DNA of 64,000 nucleotides from Klebsormidium nitens. Its lineage: Eukaryota > Plantae > Klebsormidiophyceae. Position numbers and translations under genes: made by a program. Shown piece by piece: positions 53,353 to 64,000 of this stretch. The stretch is from positions 27,753 through 91,752 of the forward strand of contig DF237090.1 in NCBI GenBank assembly GCA_000708835.1, written 5' to 3'. Positions within the stretch are counted from its first letter, which is position 1; the number at the start of each line of letters is the position of its first letter. Under the pieces are notes generated by a model. It saw nothing but the letters and a program-made list of their open reading frames with translations. It was not told the DNA's origin and did no database searches.

Positions 53353-54273
53353 GTTGCGGACGGGCCACATTCAGAGATCATTAGCCCAGGCTTTGCAGAA
53401 CATATATCGAGCTGCTGCGGAAGAAAAGACTCAGCAAATAGATTATTTCAAGATTGGAACGTATCAATGAGTCGCCTACCAAGCCTGACTACAGTCGTCT
53501 TCTTATTGCGCGTCTTTACTGAAGGTTTTGGAGTTGCAGCCCACTCGACACTTTAGGAACAATGCAGATAGGAAGTATATATGGGATTTGACTGAGGTGG
53601 CCAAGATCATAGTAGAGGCCAAAGGTGATTGTCAGGCGCGCAGCTGTAGGTGCAATAGATATGCGCACAATGCAGACGGATCTAGGAGAAGAGCATGTGG
53701 ATCGACGCGGAGACAACCGCAGCAAGAAGTTTCAAATCTGCAGTGTTGCCAGTGAAAAGGGCAGCCCTTCGAAATATCGTTTCAGGAACCATGAGTTATT
53801 GCTCCTTGAGAACTTGACCTTGAGCACATGCTCAGTAATTTCTCGGTGACATCAACTTTGACTCGATCTTCCACTGAAGTTGACGTGTTAAATGCTTGGC
53901 CGGCGCAGCGACTGCTGCGGCATGCGATGTTCGGATCTGTACGTTGTATATGCAAACCTAGCCACGGAGCTGAACTCGCGAGACCAATGGCCTGCACATG
54001 TGGTCGAGGACTAGGTATACGTCGCTATGTCCGCCACCTCTATATATCCGCGGGCCGGGCCGGGCCATATCGACGTACATGATACATGCAGTAAAGCATA
54101 TGGCAACTCAAACATGCTTGGCCATATTGAGCGATCGCGGTGCGCAAATAATAGTCGGATCGTGCGCGTACGGCGACCAAATTTCTACCATGCAGCTTCT
54201 GAATGTGATCTGGCTTAGAAACATGAAAGAAACGGAGAGCAAACAAGACCGTCAGCAGCAAATCCATTTATAT

Positions 54274-57155
54274 TCAACCAGGCGATATTGCGAAGTACTT
54301 GTAGCCTGTCCGTTCTAGGTCTCTTAGACGACATTCGAGTCGCTTCGCTTCGACCTCGACGATCTTGCGATCACTTCGCGTCAGCAGCAACGGCGTGAGC
54401 AACGTTCGCGAACCTTCGATTCGCGAGAACGTCCACGTCATGTACTTCGGGCCCCCTTTCGTCCCTTCCGAATCTGCCGAGGCGCTCTGAACGTTTTCCT
54501 CCCCTCGTCTCGGTGTTTCTTCCGACAGCGCTTCTCTACCGTTCGTTTGTGACAAATTTGCACAGGCTTCCAGCCCTCCCTCCTCGACACCCGAGCAACC
54601 AGGCCCACTCTGAATAAAGTCTCTGACTCTCAACCGGAGCGCTTCTTCCCAGATCGGCTTTGCAGCCAACAGCAGCTTCTCAGCTGCGGCGGGCTGAAAA
54701 GGGATCTTCCCCGGTTCCCTTTCGTCTGCAGCCCCAGTCTCGTGAAAGTCCGATCCCCCAACTTTGAGTAATTTGTACAGGTCCGCTAAGGGGCCGTAGG
54801 CCGTGATCTTGGTGGAGTCCTGGTACACCTCGATCCCGTCGAGACCTGCAGTCAGAGACGAAATGAACGGTGGTACAGGCTCGTAGAAAATAAGCCCTTG
54901 GCTTTTTTCATACTGTTTAAGGCTCCACGGCTTGTGAACGGTTCTACGAAAAAGGTGAGAAGGAGACAGCAAGTTGTTCCGAGGCGCCGACCATCGTGCC
55001 GGCTGAATCCATACCCCAAAGCAAGGGGCCCTGGATTGTAGAGAAAGGCAAAGCACGTTGACATTTGTACGCTCTTGAATCGCTTGTCCAATGATGTTCC
55101 ATTCAAGCGAAGCCACCCATTCATGTTTGTTCTTTTCTCTGTATTAAATGATCTCCATCCTCTGGACTGGAGTATGAATAAACGACAAAAACCCAGACAT
55201 TTGACCATAATGTATGTCGAATGAGACGTTGGCCGAATCTCCTCCTCGTTTCAGAAGGAGAATTTCCTTCTCGTTTCAGAAGGCGGATCCGCAAAGAATA
55301 ATCTCATCCCCCTCACCGGCTGCGGCTAACCGCCCAACAATCGCCATGGTGTCTTTCCGGATGGACCACGGGTGCGCCAGCACAGACACGCCGCCACAGC
55401 GCCGGATGAGCGGAATGGCCTCAAGAGCGGGGATCTCGCAACCCCTGCAACCAACGAGCTTCTCCGTTAGAAAGTGACGGTCTGCTGTAACAAAGAGGTT
55501 GACGCTGGCAAGGACCTCTTGCTGTAGCGTTAGGAACCGGGTACAGATTGGCTACAAGGTCAGAAACGACGAGAAAGGCCCCGTTAATCTTCAACCGCTC
55601 ACGGAAAATGATCCTCGAAAAGCTGGGTGCCACGGTCAGATACGAGGGTCCTGGGCTCAGTACGAAGTTCCTATCAGAGAGTGATGGGGCGAAAGGGAAT
55701 TCTTTGAATCTCAGATCAAGTTTAACAATCGCACCAGCTTCAACTAGAAAGGAAGAGTCTGAATTGGTTCTCCCATGAGACATCGAAATTGTCCCCTTAA
55801 AAATTACGCGAAGGAAAGCGATTCTAATGGGGAGTAAGTCCAGACTACTGTGCACCCGATCTCAACGAATCGAATCTCGACAACCATTGGACAAGGATAT
55901 CAGCCATCCCTCGACGATGTTGCTCCAGTAAAAGCAGTGCTATTCCGAACCTTTGATGACTAAATGGTCACCCTACCTGGCAAAGGCAGGCCCGTCATCC
56001 CTCAGGTACAGCCCAAACGCGTCCTTCTCCGAAGCCACATGCCCCGCCTCAAGCAACGCCCGCGCTACATGTGGCCGCCCGGGAGCCACCCCCGGGCCCG
56101 CAATCTCAACTACCCGAGAGAGCTTGATAGGCTTCCCAAGCGCCCGGAGCTTGTCCACCATGCACTTTGCCCGCCCAAGGCGTCCAGTACGAATCCTCGA
56201 GAGCGCCCGGTGGAAGTCCCCGGGGTTGCTGGGGCCTCCAGGGGCAAAGTAGGCCAGGATGTGGATGACTTCGCCCTGGAGGGGGTCGGAGGGCTTGCTC
56301 GCAAATGCGGAGATCTCGACGCCAGGGATGACCCTGGGGGAAAAGAGGATAAGTAGGGGGTGCATGAGAACAATGAACTCTGGCTTACCTGCCAGTATTT
56401 CAAAAAGTCCTTTGAGTGATGCACCTGAAAGCAATGCTTCGCAGTCTTCTTCCTCATGTGCTTTGGAAAAGGGGCAATCATTGTGGAGATTACAAAAGCT
56501 CAGGGTGGACCTGAGATGCTCCCAGATTGAGCAGGGGGGGATCAAAAATGGCATTCGATGCATTATGTGCCCCCACAGGTAGAAGTATGAACTATAGCCA
56601 GGGCAAATACAGTTCCGAGAAATTCTGAAATGTACCATCCATCGCAAAGTCAACATCAGTTGGTAGGAGCGGTGGTGTGGGGTAGTGGCACTTCAAGGAG
56701 CGCATCTCCACGCACCTGACGCCAAGCTGCGCTCCTGCTTCCGCCGCCTCCTCAACCCCCGCCATGGTGTCATGATCTGTGAGCGCCATGATCCTGACGC
56801 CATTCGCTGCAGCCTTCCTCACCAGCTCTGTTGGCGAGAGCCGGCCGTCGCTGCATGTGCTGTGCATATGCAAGTCCACAAGACCATGATCTGGCCGCAC
56901 GCCTTTCTGCGTTTTGAGATTAATTGGAGAAAATGTGGTGAAAGAATGGAGTCTCCCCGCTGTTGAGGAACCTTTTGATTCTCCAGGAGAGGGGCTGACA
57001 CCGTCCCCATCGCTACCGCTGCTGTCAGAATCTGAAAGGGTACAGCCTATTCCAAGGCCGTACGCGGCCAAGATCCTTTCTTCTGCGGCCTCTGGATCCA
57101 CGTGACTACTTTTCTTTCTGCAACTCGACTTTTTACTTTTACTCCGCCTGGCCAT
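54274..57155 (-). CDS. PHP-domain phosphoesterase of the YciV/TrpH (3',5'-nucleoside bisphosphate phosphatase-like) family
   Basis: Exons 56716-57155, 55977-56333, 55317-55444 and 54274-54845. All PHP metal ligands are present: DLHMHSTCSDG, ALTDHDT, GVEIS, HILAY, GRPHVARAL, VLAHP, GIEVY, GGSDFH. The N-terminus is basic (MARRSKSKKSSCRKK). Confidence 0.93.
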
Positions 57156-57496
57156 CTTGCCCGGATTGCTGGCCTGCCTACATGAATAGCGTTCACCTCG
57201 CAGCTGTGCAGGCGTCACTCCGTCCTGCTCATTAAGACGCCTTCCAAAGCTTGATTCGCAGGAGCGCTGATCCTGATTCTGACGACCACATTCAATTTCT
57301 AGCATTTTGATTTTCCAGCATTTTGAGCTAGTGCTTTATAGGGTTTCTTTCTCGAAATTAGGGTTCAACTTCAAGCACCTTAAGCTGCAGAATTTTTGTC
57401 TTCAAAGGTTGGAAAGAAAACATTCATCCTCCGTGCTGATCAAGCTCGCCAAGGAGCAGAGGTTGATGCTGAGCAGGGGGAGTTGTACTTGTGAGG
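57156..57496. promoter_or_regulatory. Compact bidirectional promoter region between the PHP gene and MRS2
   Basis: Only 341 bp separate the two divergent ATGs. The AT-rich core at ~57300-57420 contains telo-like TAGGGTT motifs. Confidence 0.5.
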
Positions 57497-60400
57497 ATGA
57501 GGGCTCTCCAGGGCGTTGGTGCACATGCGGTGCGCATGCGCAGGCTGTGGAGCTATCAGGCAATGCAGATGCTGCGGCCGCCGCTTTTAGCGGCAGATCT
57601 TTCCCAAAACCTTCTCCTCTCCAATCAATTTCTGGCTGCCCATTGCGCAAGCTTACTTTCTCAATTCCAGTCAGCATCTTTTGCAATGCACCAACGCCCC
57701 CAGATTCAGCTGCCTCAACCATCATCATCTGGCAGCATTGCACACCACTTTCATCGAAATCTCTGGAGACCAACCATGTTGCTTAGCATGGAGAACCGGG
57801 CCACCTTCAGCACAGAGTCTGAGACTGAGGCTGAGATTCGGAAGGAGGCGCTGCGCCCATTCGCGCAGAATCGGCAACACTCAGAAAAGGGCAGCCTGGA
57901 GGGGCCAGCCCCAAAGTACAAGGTGTGGAAGGTGACACGAGATGGGCGCAAGACCGAGGAGGAGATTCCACAGGAAGCACTGGTGGGCCCACACCCTGAT
58001 TCTGCATTAGGTGACCTCATTTTTAATCAAAACTGAAGATCTGATCAGGTGACAATTGACCGTATAGCAATTCACAAACTTTCATCAAACAGATGGGATA
58101 AACACAAATCCCTTAAATGGAGCACTTTTGAAGCATTGAAAACTCCTTCAGATTGAACCCAGCTCATTGAATGAAGCTTACATATTAGTGGTGCATCTCC
58201 TCAGTTTGAATCAGACAGTGGTACACTCATGGATCCAATTGGAGATCAACTGCCATGGCCCAGGTCTTTGGTTAGGTCATCGAGCGAGCAATAATCAGGA
58301 TCTAAGCCCTCACTTTAATGGCTGTTTGAGCAATAGTGAGAGGCCTTGTTTTTCTGCCAGGGGCTTCCTCCCAGGGACCTGGACATCCTGAGCTCTGTTA
58401 CGTTCACCCCCCACAGGGCCCAGATCGGAGCCAGGGGTGGGAAAATGCTAGTCCGAATGGAAAATCTGCGCGCTCTCATTGCCCCTGAGGAAGTCATCTT
58501 CTTTGGCGGGCGCTTCGCCAGGTGAGGGGTCAAGAAAAGTATCATCTCCTCTTTTGCATGGACAATTGTAAGAAGACAAGTTGGACCTTGAATCTGCTGT
58601 GCTATCTCATTGCCTGTGGCTAAGAGTCAGAATCAGGTGCACATTGACCCAGGACCCTGTTGTTTCTGCCAGTGTTCAGTTCTCTGACCCCTCTAACCAA
58701 TCAAACTCGATAGGGCTTTTTCTCGATACAACAGAGAGCCCAACTCACATGTTTGACACGTCTTTGACAGGAGTAGGACTTGACTTCCTCCACCGAGTCT
58801 TTCTATAGAATTTGGTCCCAGAAAGTACCTAAAAGTATTGACAGTTCCCCGATCGCTTTCGCAACTTTAAGCTCGTATTTCCTTGCTCCCTTGTCTGGGC
58901 TTCTCTGTGGTAATGTCATATCATATCTTGACTTTTTGCCTCCAGTGATTGAAGGTCAGGCAAAAATTCCGTCTCCTTCCTTCTGCGGTCCGACCCCTGC
59001 CCATTCCTCCATGCCCATTGTCGAATTCGTTTGTATCTGTTTTGTCCGACTTGTCCTCTCGTTTTGTCCCACATTAAGGACCTTTGCCCCCTTTCCATCA
59101 ATTTAACGCCCCCTTCCCCGCCAGATCAGCCGCCACCTGTGCGGAGCTGGCCGCCTCGTTTCTGGCGCAGCACCCGCAAGGAGGCAGCCAGTTCCCGTTC
59201 GAGCTGCGCATGCTGGAGTGCATCCTGCGCGAGACGCGCACCTACTTTGTGCACAAGATCGCCAAGCTCAAGATGGTCGCAGAGGCCATGCTCGAGGACC
59301 TCGCCTCCGACATCTCCACCGCGGGGTGAGCTTCGCTGCAAAACGACAGGCTTTGAAAACGATTCAGGAGCTGCCTTCCGCCATGAGAAAATGTAGAAGT
59401 TTCCCTGGACGACTCACAATCGAAAAGGCGGTCATAATTGGCACAAGCAAGAGGTCAGAAGATGACAAAAGTGCTTCTTTTGGACAACAAACTTCGACGG
59501 TTCCCATAAATTGAGAGGTCAGACGGCGCAGTTACACTCGACTTAATCGCACTCTTGACGCCTTACTTACCAGGAGTGAACTGATAATTGCAAGCTCTCG
59601 ATAGATGGACTAAAGGAGGATTCTCCGCATCACTCTCTAAGGAAATGAATCGCGTACGCAAGGTTGAGAGCTCAGGGGCTTTCGGTGAAGGTTTCACCTG
59701 CTTAAATCTATGGTCCCCCTTCCTCCCTCAGGCTTCACCTGCGGCTGCTGCCCCTGAAGCGGACAATGACCGAGGTTGACAATGACGTCAGGGAGACGTA
59801 CGAGGCGCTGACGGAGGTGATCGAGAACGACACGCTGTTGATGGACCTGTGCCGGACGGTGGACGAAGGCTCGGAAGGGGCAGAAAGAGCAGGTAATGAG
59901 GTGAGGGAGGGTTCCATGCGAATGGCTGACGGCCTGCGTTATGTGTTTGAAACGAAGCTGGCGCTGTGGCTGCTTGATCTTTTGTCAGACAGCCTCAGAT
60001 GATAGTTCGAAAAGCCTGACGTCTTTCTGCGTGCCCTACTCTTCTTCTTCAAGTTCCTGAGCCTTGGATACCTCTTGTACCATATACCAAGCCTCGAAGA
60101 AGCTTTTTGCGTACGTAGTGGTTGTTGACTGTCGCAAGTAGGGTCGAAAGCGACAGAGCTGTCATGTGACTTGGTTACTCTCACAATCTGCATGCGCGCC
60201 TCCCTCGCTCCTGCTGAGTCGAAACAGTACAAAAGGTTGCTTCGTATTGCTTTCCTTCACATCCCCACCCCATTTCCGTTCTCTGGTGGGCGGCATCGCA
60301 ACCTGTTTTGGACCCATCAATTTCCGGCCGAAGCACCGTAGCGAACGCTCGAGATCGGAAGTAATGCTTCTCCTGCTGGTCGGAACCTTCGTCCGTCTGC

Positions 60401-62813
60401 TCTTGCCAGGCGGGTGGGTCGGGGCGCAAGCGCGCGGTGGTGGCGATGCTGCTGAGCTACCAGCGCGAGGTGCAGGACGTGGGCAGCGCGCTCAAGGAGC
60501 TGCGCGAGAACATGGACTCCGCGCAGGCCGTGTGGGAGCTGGGGCTGGACAGCACGCGCAACCGCATCATCAAAATGAACCTCTACATCGGCATGGCCAC
60601 GCTCTCGGCCTCCTGGTGCGCGACTGATTTTACTCGCAGCTGCCTTTTAGCTACTCCCTCGGTTTATAGCTGTTCTTGCCGTTGGAAAGCCTGGCAATAG
60701 CCTGACACCATTTTCATCTCTCCTCAACCCTGCCTTATGCAGGCCCTGCTTTGCAACTCCTCCTGCTTTTGGTGATGAAAAGATGTTCTCGAGGCTCGGT
60801 TTGACGACTTTGATCGAGGTCGGGTGGTGCTGAGAGGTAGAGCAAACACGCGCTGCTTGTTAAGTGACTTTTACAAAAAGACTCCCGAGTACGAGGCATG
60901 GTCCCTTCAGGCGTCATTTTGTCGGAGGGGTAAGTTTGTGATGCTTTTGTTGGATGGTTCACAAACCCGTACCTTGAACCAACAATTTGTACTCCGGATT
61001 CACAAGGCAGAATCTCTCCGGTTGAGAATACCCAGACGAGAGAATCCATGGCAGGACAGGCGTTATCCTTCTTTGAGCTACATCCGGTACACTTCGTATG
61101 TTTCTAACGACCACGGTTCAGCATGCCCCGAATGACGGACAGCTTGATCGAAGCCCACTGGAACTGCACCTGACCCGGAATGGGCTTTGCATCACCGAGA
61201 TAAGCCCTCGAACACGCCCAGAACGGCTATGTCGCAAACTTGTTGAGAAGCATCCTCCACTGCCAATCGCGATCATCTTTTCCACTTGCTGTCAACAGCG
61301 CGCAGTTGCCGGCCGCGTTTTTCGGCATGAACGTCCCGAGCGGGCTGGAGGAGGCGGGCGGCCTCTTCCCGTACATCACCGGCGCGGCATGCGCGGCGTC
61401 GCTCGGCCTCTTCGGGTACTGCCTCTACTGGTACAAGTTCCGGCCGCAGAGGAAGCACCAGCGGAGGCTGCAGGCAAGCCGCTGACTGTGTACTTTAGCG
61501 ATCTACATTCAGGAAACCAATGGACCCTTGTGATGAAGCTTCGAGTTTGTGATCAGATTCCAGAAGACTGGGCTGGTTTCTGTCTCGCAGGGGCTGACAC
61601 TTTGATGGTGCGTGTCTGTGAGTGTAAAATGGAGGCTTAATGAATAGAGTCCGAGGGCCCACCCACACATTCAGGCAGCATTCTGTGGGCTGTGGCCCTG
61701 TATAGTATTGCGGGCATGCGTTGTTGATCTTTTGTAAGATGAGCGATGTTTTGCCGGCTCTCGATTCAACTCGTTCGGGTCGTTTACAATGCCAGGGTTT
61801 CTTTTTGACTAGTACCTCCGACGCAATCCCAACGCACTGACCACTTTCGAAACTCGACAAGGAGCACAAGGCTGCTACACAATGGCAGCCAGCACCGCAT
61901 GCCGATGGTGGCTTGCAGCTGCGTCTGTCTGCTTGTGTGAGCTTTTGCCACGTGTCGCTCGTCAGGACATTGCGGCCCTGCGGGATCTACTGCATCACAT
62001 CGACGACCTGGATGACATCATCAAGAAGGGGATGGGCAAACGGCCGCACGTGAATGAGCAAGAGTTCACCGAGATTCTGAGGAACCACCCCGCGACCGCT
62101 CAACTGAACAAGGTACGCGCACGTTTGCCTCTGAGTTCTAGCGATCTTATCACCGATCGAGGTGGCTCGATTCAACACGAGGTTCAAGCATAGAACTTCT
62201 TCAGCGTTCTCTTTTATAATCAATCTGAGGCCGGCGCTGCACCGTTACATTGTCGAACCCTCTGTTTCGCATCCTGTTGTAAGGTGGAAGTAGCAGAGTA
62301 TATTCCCGCGGCACCTTTCAAAAAAAGGTATGGTGCGCTGCCCTTTCAAAACAAGAATGAGAGGCTTTCAGAGCGGTGGAGATAAGCGGTTCATGATACG
62401 TCTTTGTTTGCATGGCTCTTCATTGGTTCGAAGATTTTTGCACTGTCACTGGAAGCATTTTGCGTATAACTGCAGGGTTCAGTGGCGCTCATTTTCCGCA
62501 TGCTCGACCAGAATAAGAACCACTGCATCGACGTAAGCCCCGGCCGAAACCTTACCCGACGAACCGTCTGGCAATCAAGCATCTGCTCCTCCTTGCCGGT
62601 CCGGACATGCTTCGCGTTAGAATACAATCTCTTCGAGGCCTTTGCAATCCCACTGGTGGACCATTTTCTCTGTCGCAAGGGTCTTTCAAGGAACTTGGAG
62701 TTCCATATGAGAGCCGTCTCGATCCTAATCTGCATCGCTTTTTTCAGGTTGAGGAGTTCGGCAGGGCACTTGATAGCCCAACAACTTACAAGAACTCGCA
62801 ACAGATCCAATAA
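57497..62813 (+). CDS. MRS2: MRS2/CorA-family Mg2+ channel, probably mitochondrial, with a C-terminal EF-hand extension
   Basis: Exons 57497-57982, 58361-58521, 59125-59325, 59732-~59858, 60410-60615, 61299-61473, 61966-62112, 62476-62532 and 62748-62813. Motifs: GLPPRDL, FPFELRMLECIL, LLPLKR, LDSTRNRII, AFFGMN, two TM helices. The presequence ends in R-A-T-F-S-T. The exon 4/5 junction is uncertain. Confidence 0.9.
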
Positions 62814-64000
62814 CCAGATTGATAGAACCGTTGGACACGCTGGTAACCGCTGCCAAGTTCTCCAACATGTAGTAAAAGATAGTAGGCAGGTACACACTCA
62901 AACTGACTCATTAATGATAATTCACTGGCAATTGTCGCCAGAATGATGATCTCCCCGAGCAAGTGTCAAATGTTAGTAGTTGCCTTACTAGCCAGCCAAT
63001 AATAATCTTGCAAAAGTGTACATTGCCGAACTCAAGATCGGAATTTATGAGAACCGATCGGCACTTCCCATGCAACTTGAAAAGCAGAGCAGCAGCTTGC
63101 GATTTCGACATCGATAAGCTTAAGACGTTCCATGGCACGTCTACCGTATACGTTGCTCACGTCGCACATGACACTGAATGTCGGTCTTGTCAAAGACTGG
63201 TTGCATGCTCTTATGTTTGCCGCGCGCAACATTTCGGGTTAGAGAGCCGACTCCGGTCCTTGTCCCCGCGCGCATTGCTCGCGCTATTGTATTGACCATC
63301 GATCTTGTTTGATATAACTAACTATCGGGTACAGCTTGAGCGTGCAACATATATCATGTGTGACGCCCATGATTGTCGACCGTCGTCTGTTCCTACTCGT
63401 CTGAGCTGACCTCAGGTCCGGCCAACTTATACTGAGATTGAAAGGTATTTTCATAATCTCGTCCTTCGAGCTACCAACCGAGCGACGGATTGCATGCTCG
63501 AACACGCGCACATTAATTGCAACCCTCTAGAGAGAGCAATACTGTTCCTTCATCCGAAGGTGAGGAACAGAATTTGCGGCTTGCTTTTCTCCTTTGGCTA
63601 GATTTAACCCAAGTAATCGGTAGATCGCCGGTAGTTGTAACTAATTTCTGCTCGCGCACATGTGTGTCCCGGTCAAAGGAGGATATGGCCGCCCGGGGAT
63701 AGGGATACCTACCCGGTTTAGCACAGCACCAAACGGACTTTCAAGCTTCATTCAATATACCATATTGGCAAGTAGCGCCACAACCCGGGGCTCCAGTCGA
63801 AGTGAACCTCCTCATCCCGGGGGTTTGTATCCTTTCCAAGAGGTATGCACCGTACGATGAAGTGCTGAGTTTGGACAAAACTTGCCATAACACTAACCGT
63901 CCATTGGCTGGCTGCACTTATCGGACGGTTGCTGTGATCTGCAGGAATCTAGCCCAGGCACATTTGCTCGCATGCGCAGCCTGACTGCCGATCATCGGAT

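Noticed and set aside
54038-54066. TATATAT followed by GGGCC repeats, like a small-RNA promoter
   Set aside because: No plant USE motif upstream and no recognisable snRNA or other RNA gene downstream; it lies in convergent 3' regions.
63827-63835. GTATCCTTT, a perfect U12-type 5' splice site
   Set aside because: There is no convincing upstream exon (the flanking frames contain stops) and no U12 branch point within the window. About one such 9-mer is expected by chance on both strands of 64 kb.

Overview
Eukaryotic nuclear DNA, rich in spliceosomal introns, with GC-rich exons and longer, less GC-rich introns. The plant-type NBP35, the plastid- and mitochondrial-type presequences and the intron style suggest a green-lineage genome, probably a streptophyte alga such as Klebsormidium (inference). 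I reconstructed 15 spliced or intronless genes by hand from GT/GC-AG boundaries and reading-frame continuity. In order: an unknown protein truncated at the left edge, a DUF4864-like protein, ASF1, a TMEM69/DUF3429 protein, a head-to-head pair of small His/Gln/Pro-rich paralogues (one frameshifted), a large acidic RING-H2 E3 ligase, NBP35, two tandem ARF-family GTPases, an intronless F-box/LRR gene, a divergent SNF5-repeat gene, an SLC7/LAT-type amino acid transporter, a PHP-domain (YciV/TrpH-like) phosphoesterase and an MRS2 Mg2+ channel. A nest of non-autonomous DNA transposons lies upstream of the F-box gene. The best leads are (1) an MRS2 channel with a C-terminal EF-hand pair attached through a GC-AG intron, (2) an ARF duplicate altered in both switch regions and at the catalytic Gln, (3) an unrecognised pair of small disordered proteins, (4) the nested TA-targeting elements, and (5) a possible three-repeat SNF5-like protein. 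I found no tRNA, rRNA or CRISPR array. All homology calls come from motif recognition; no database search was run.
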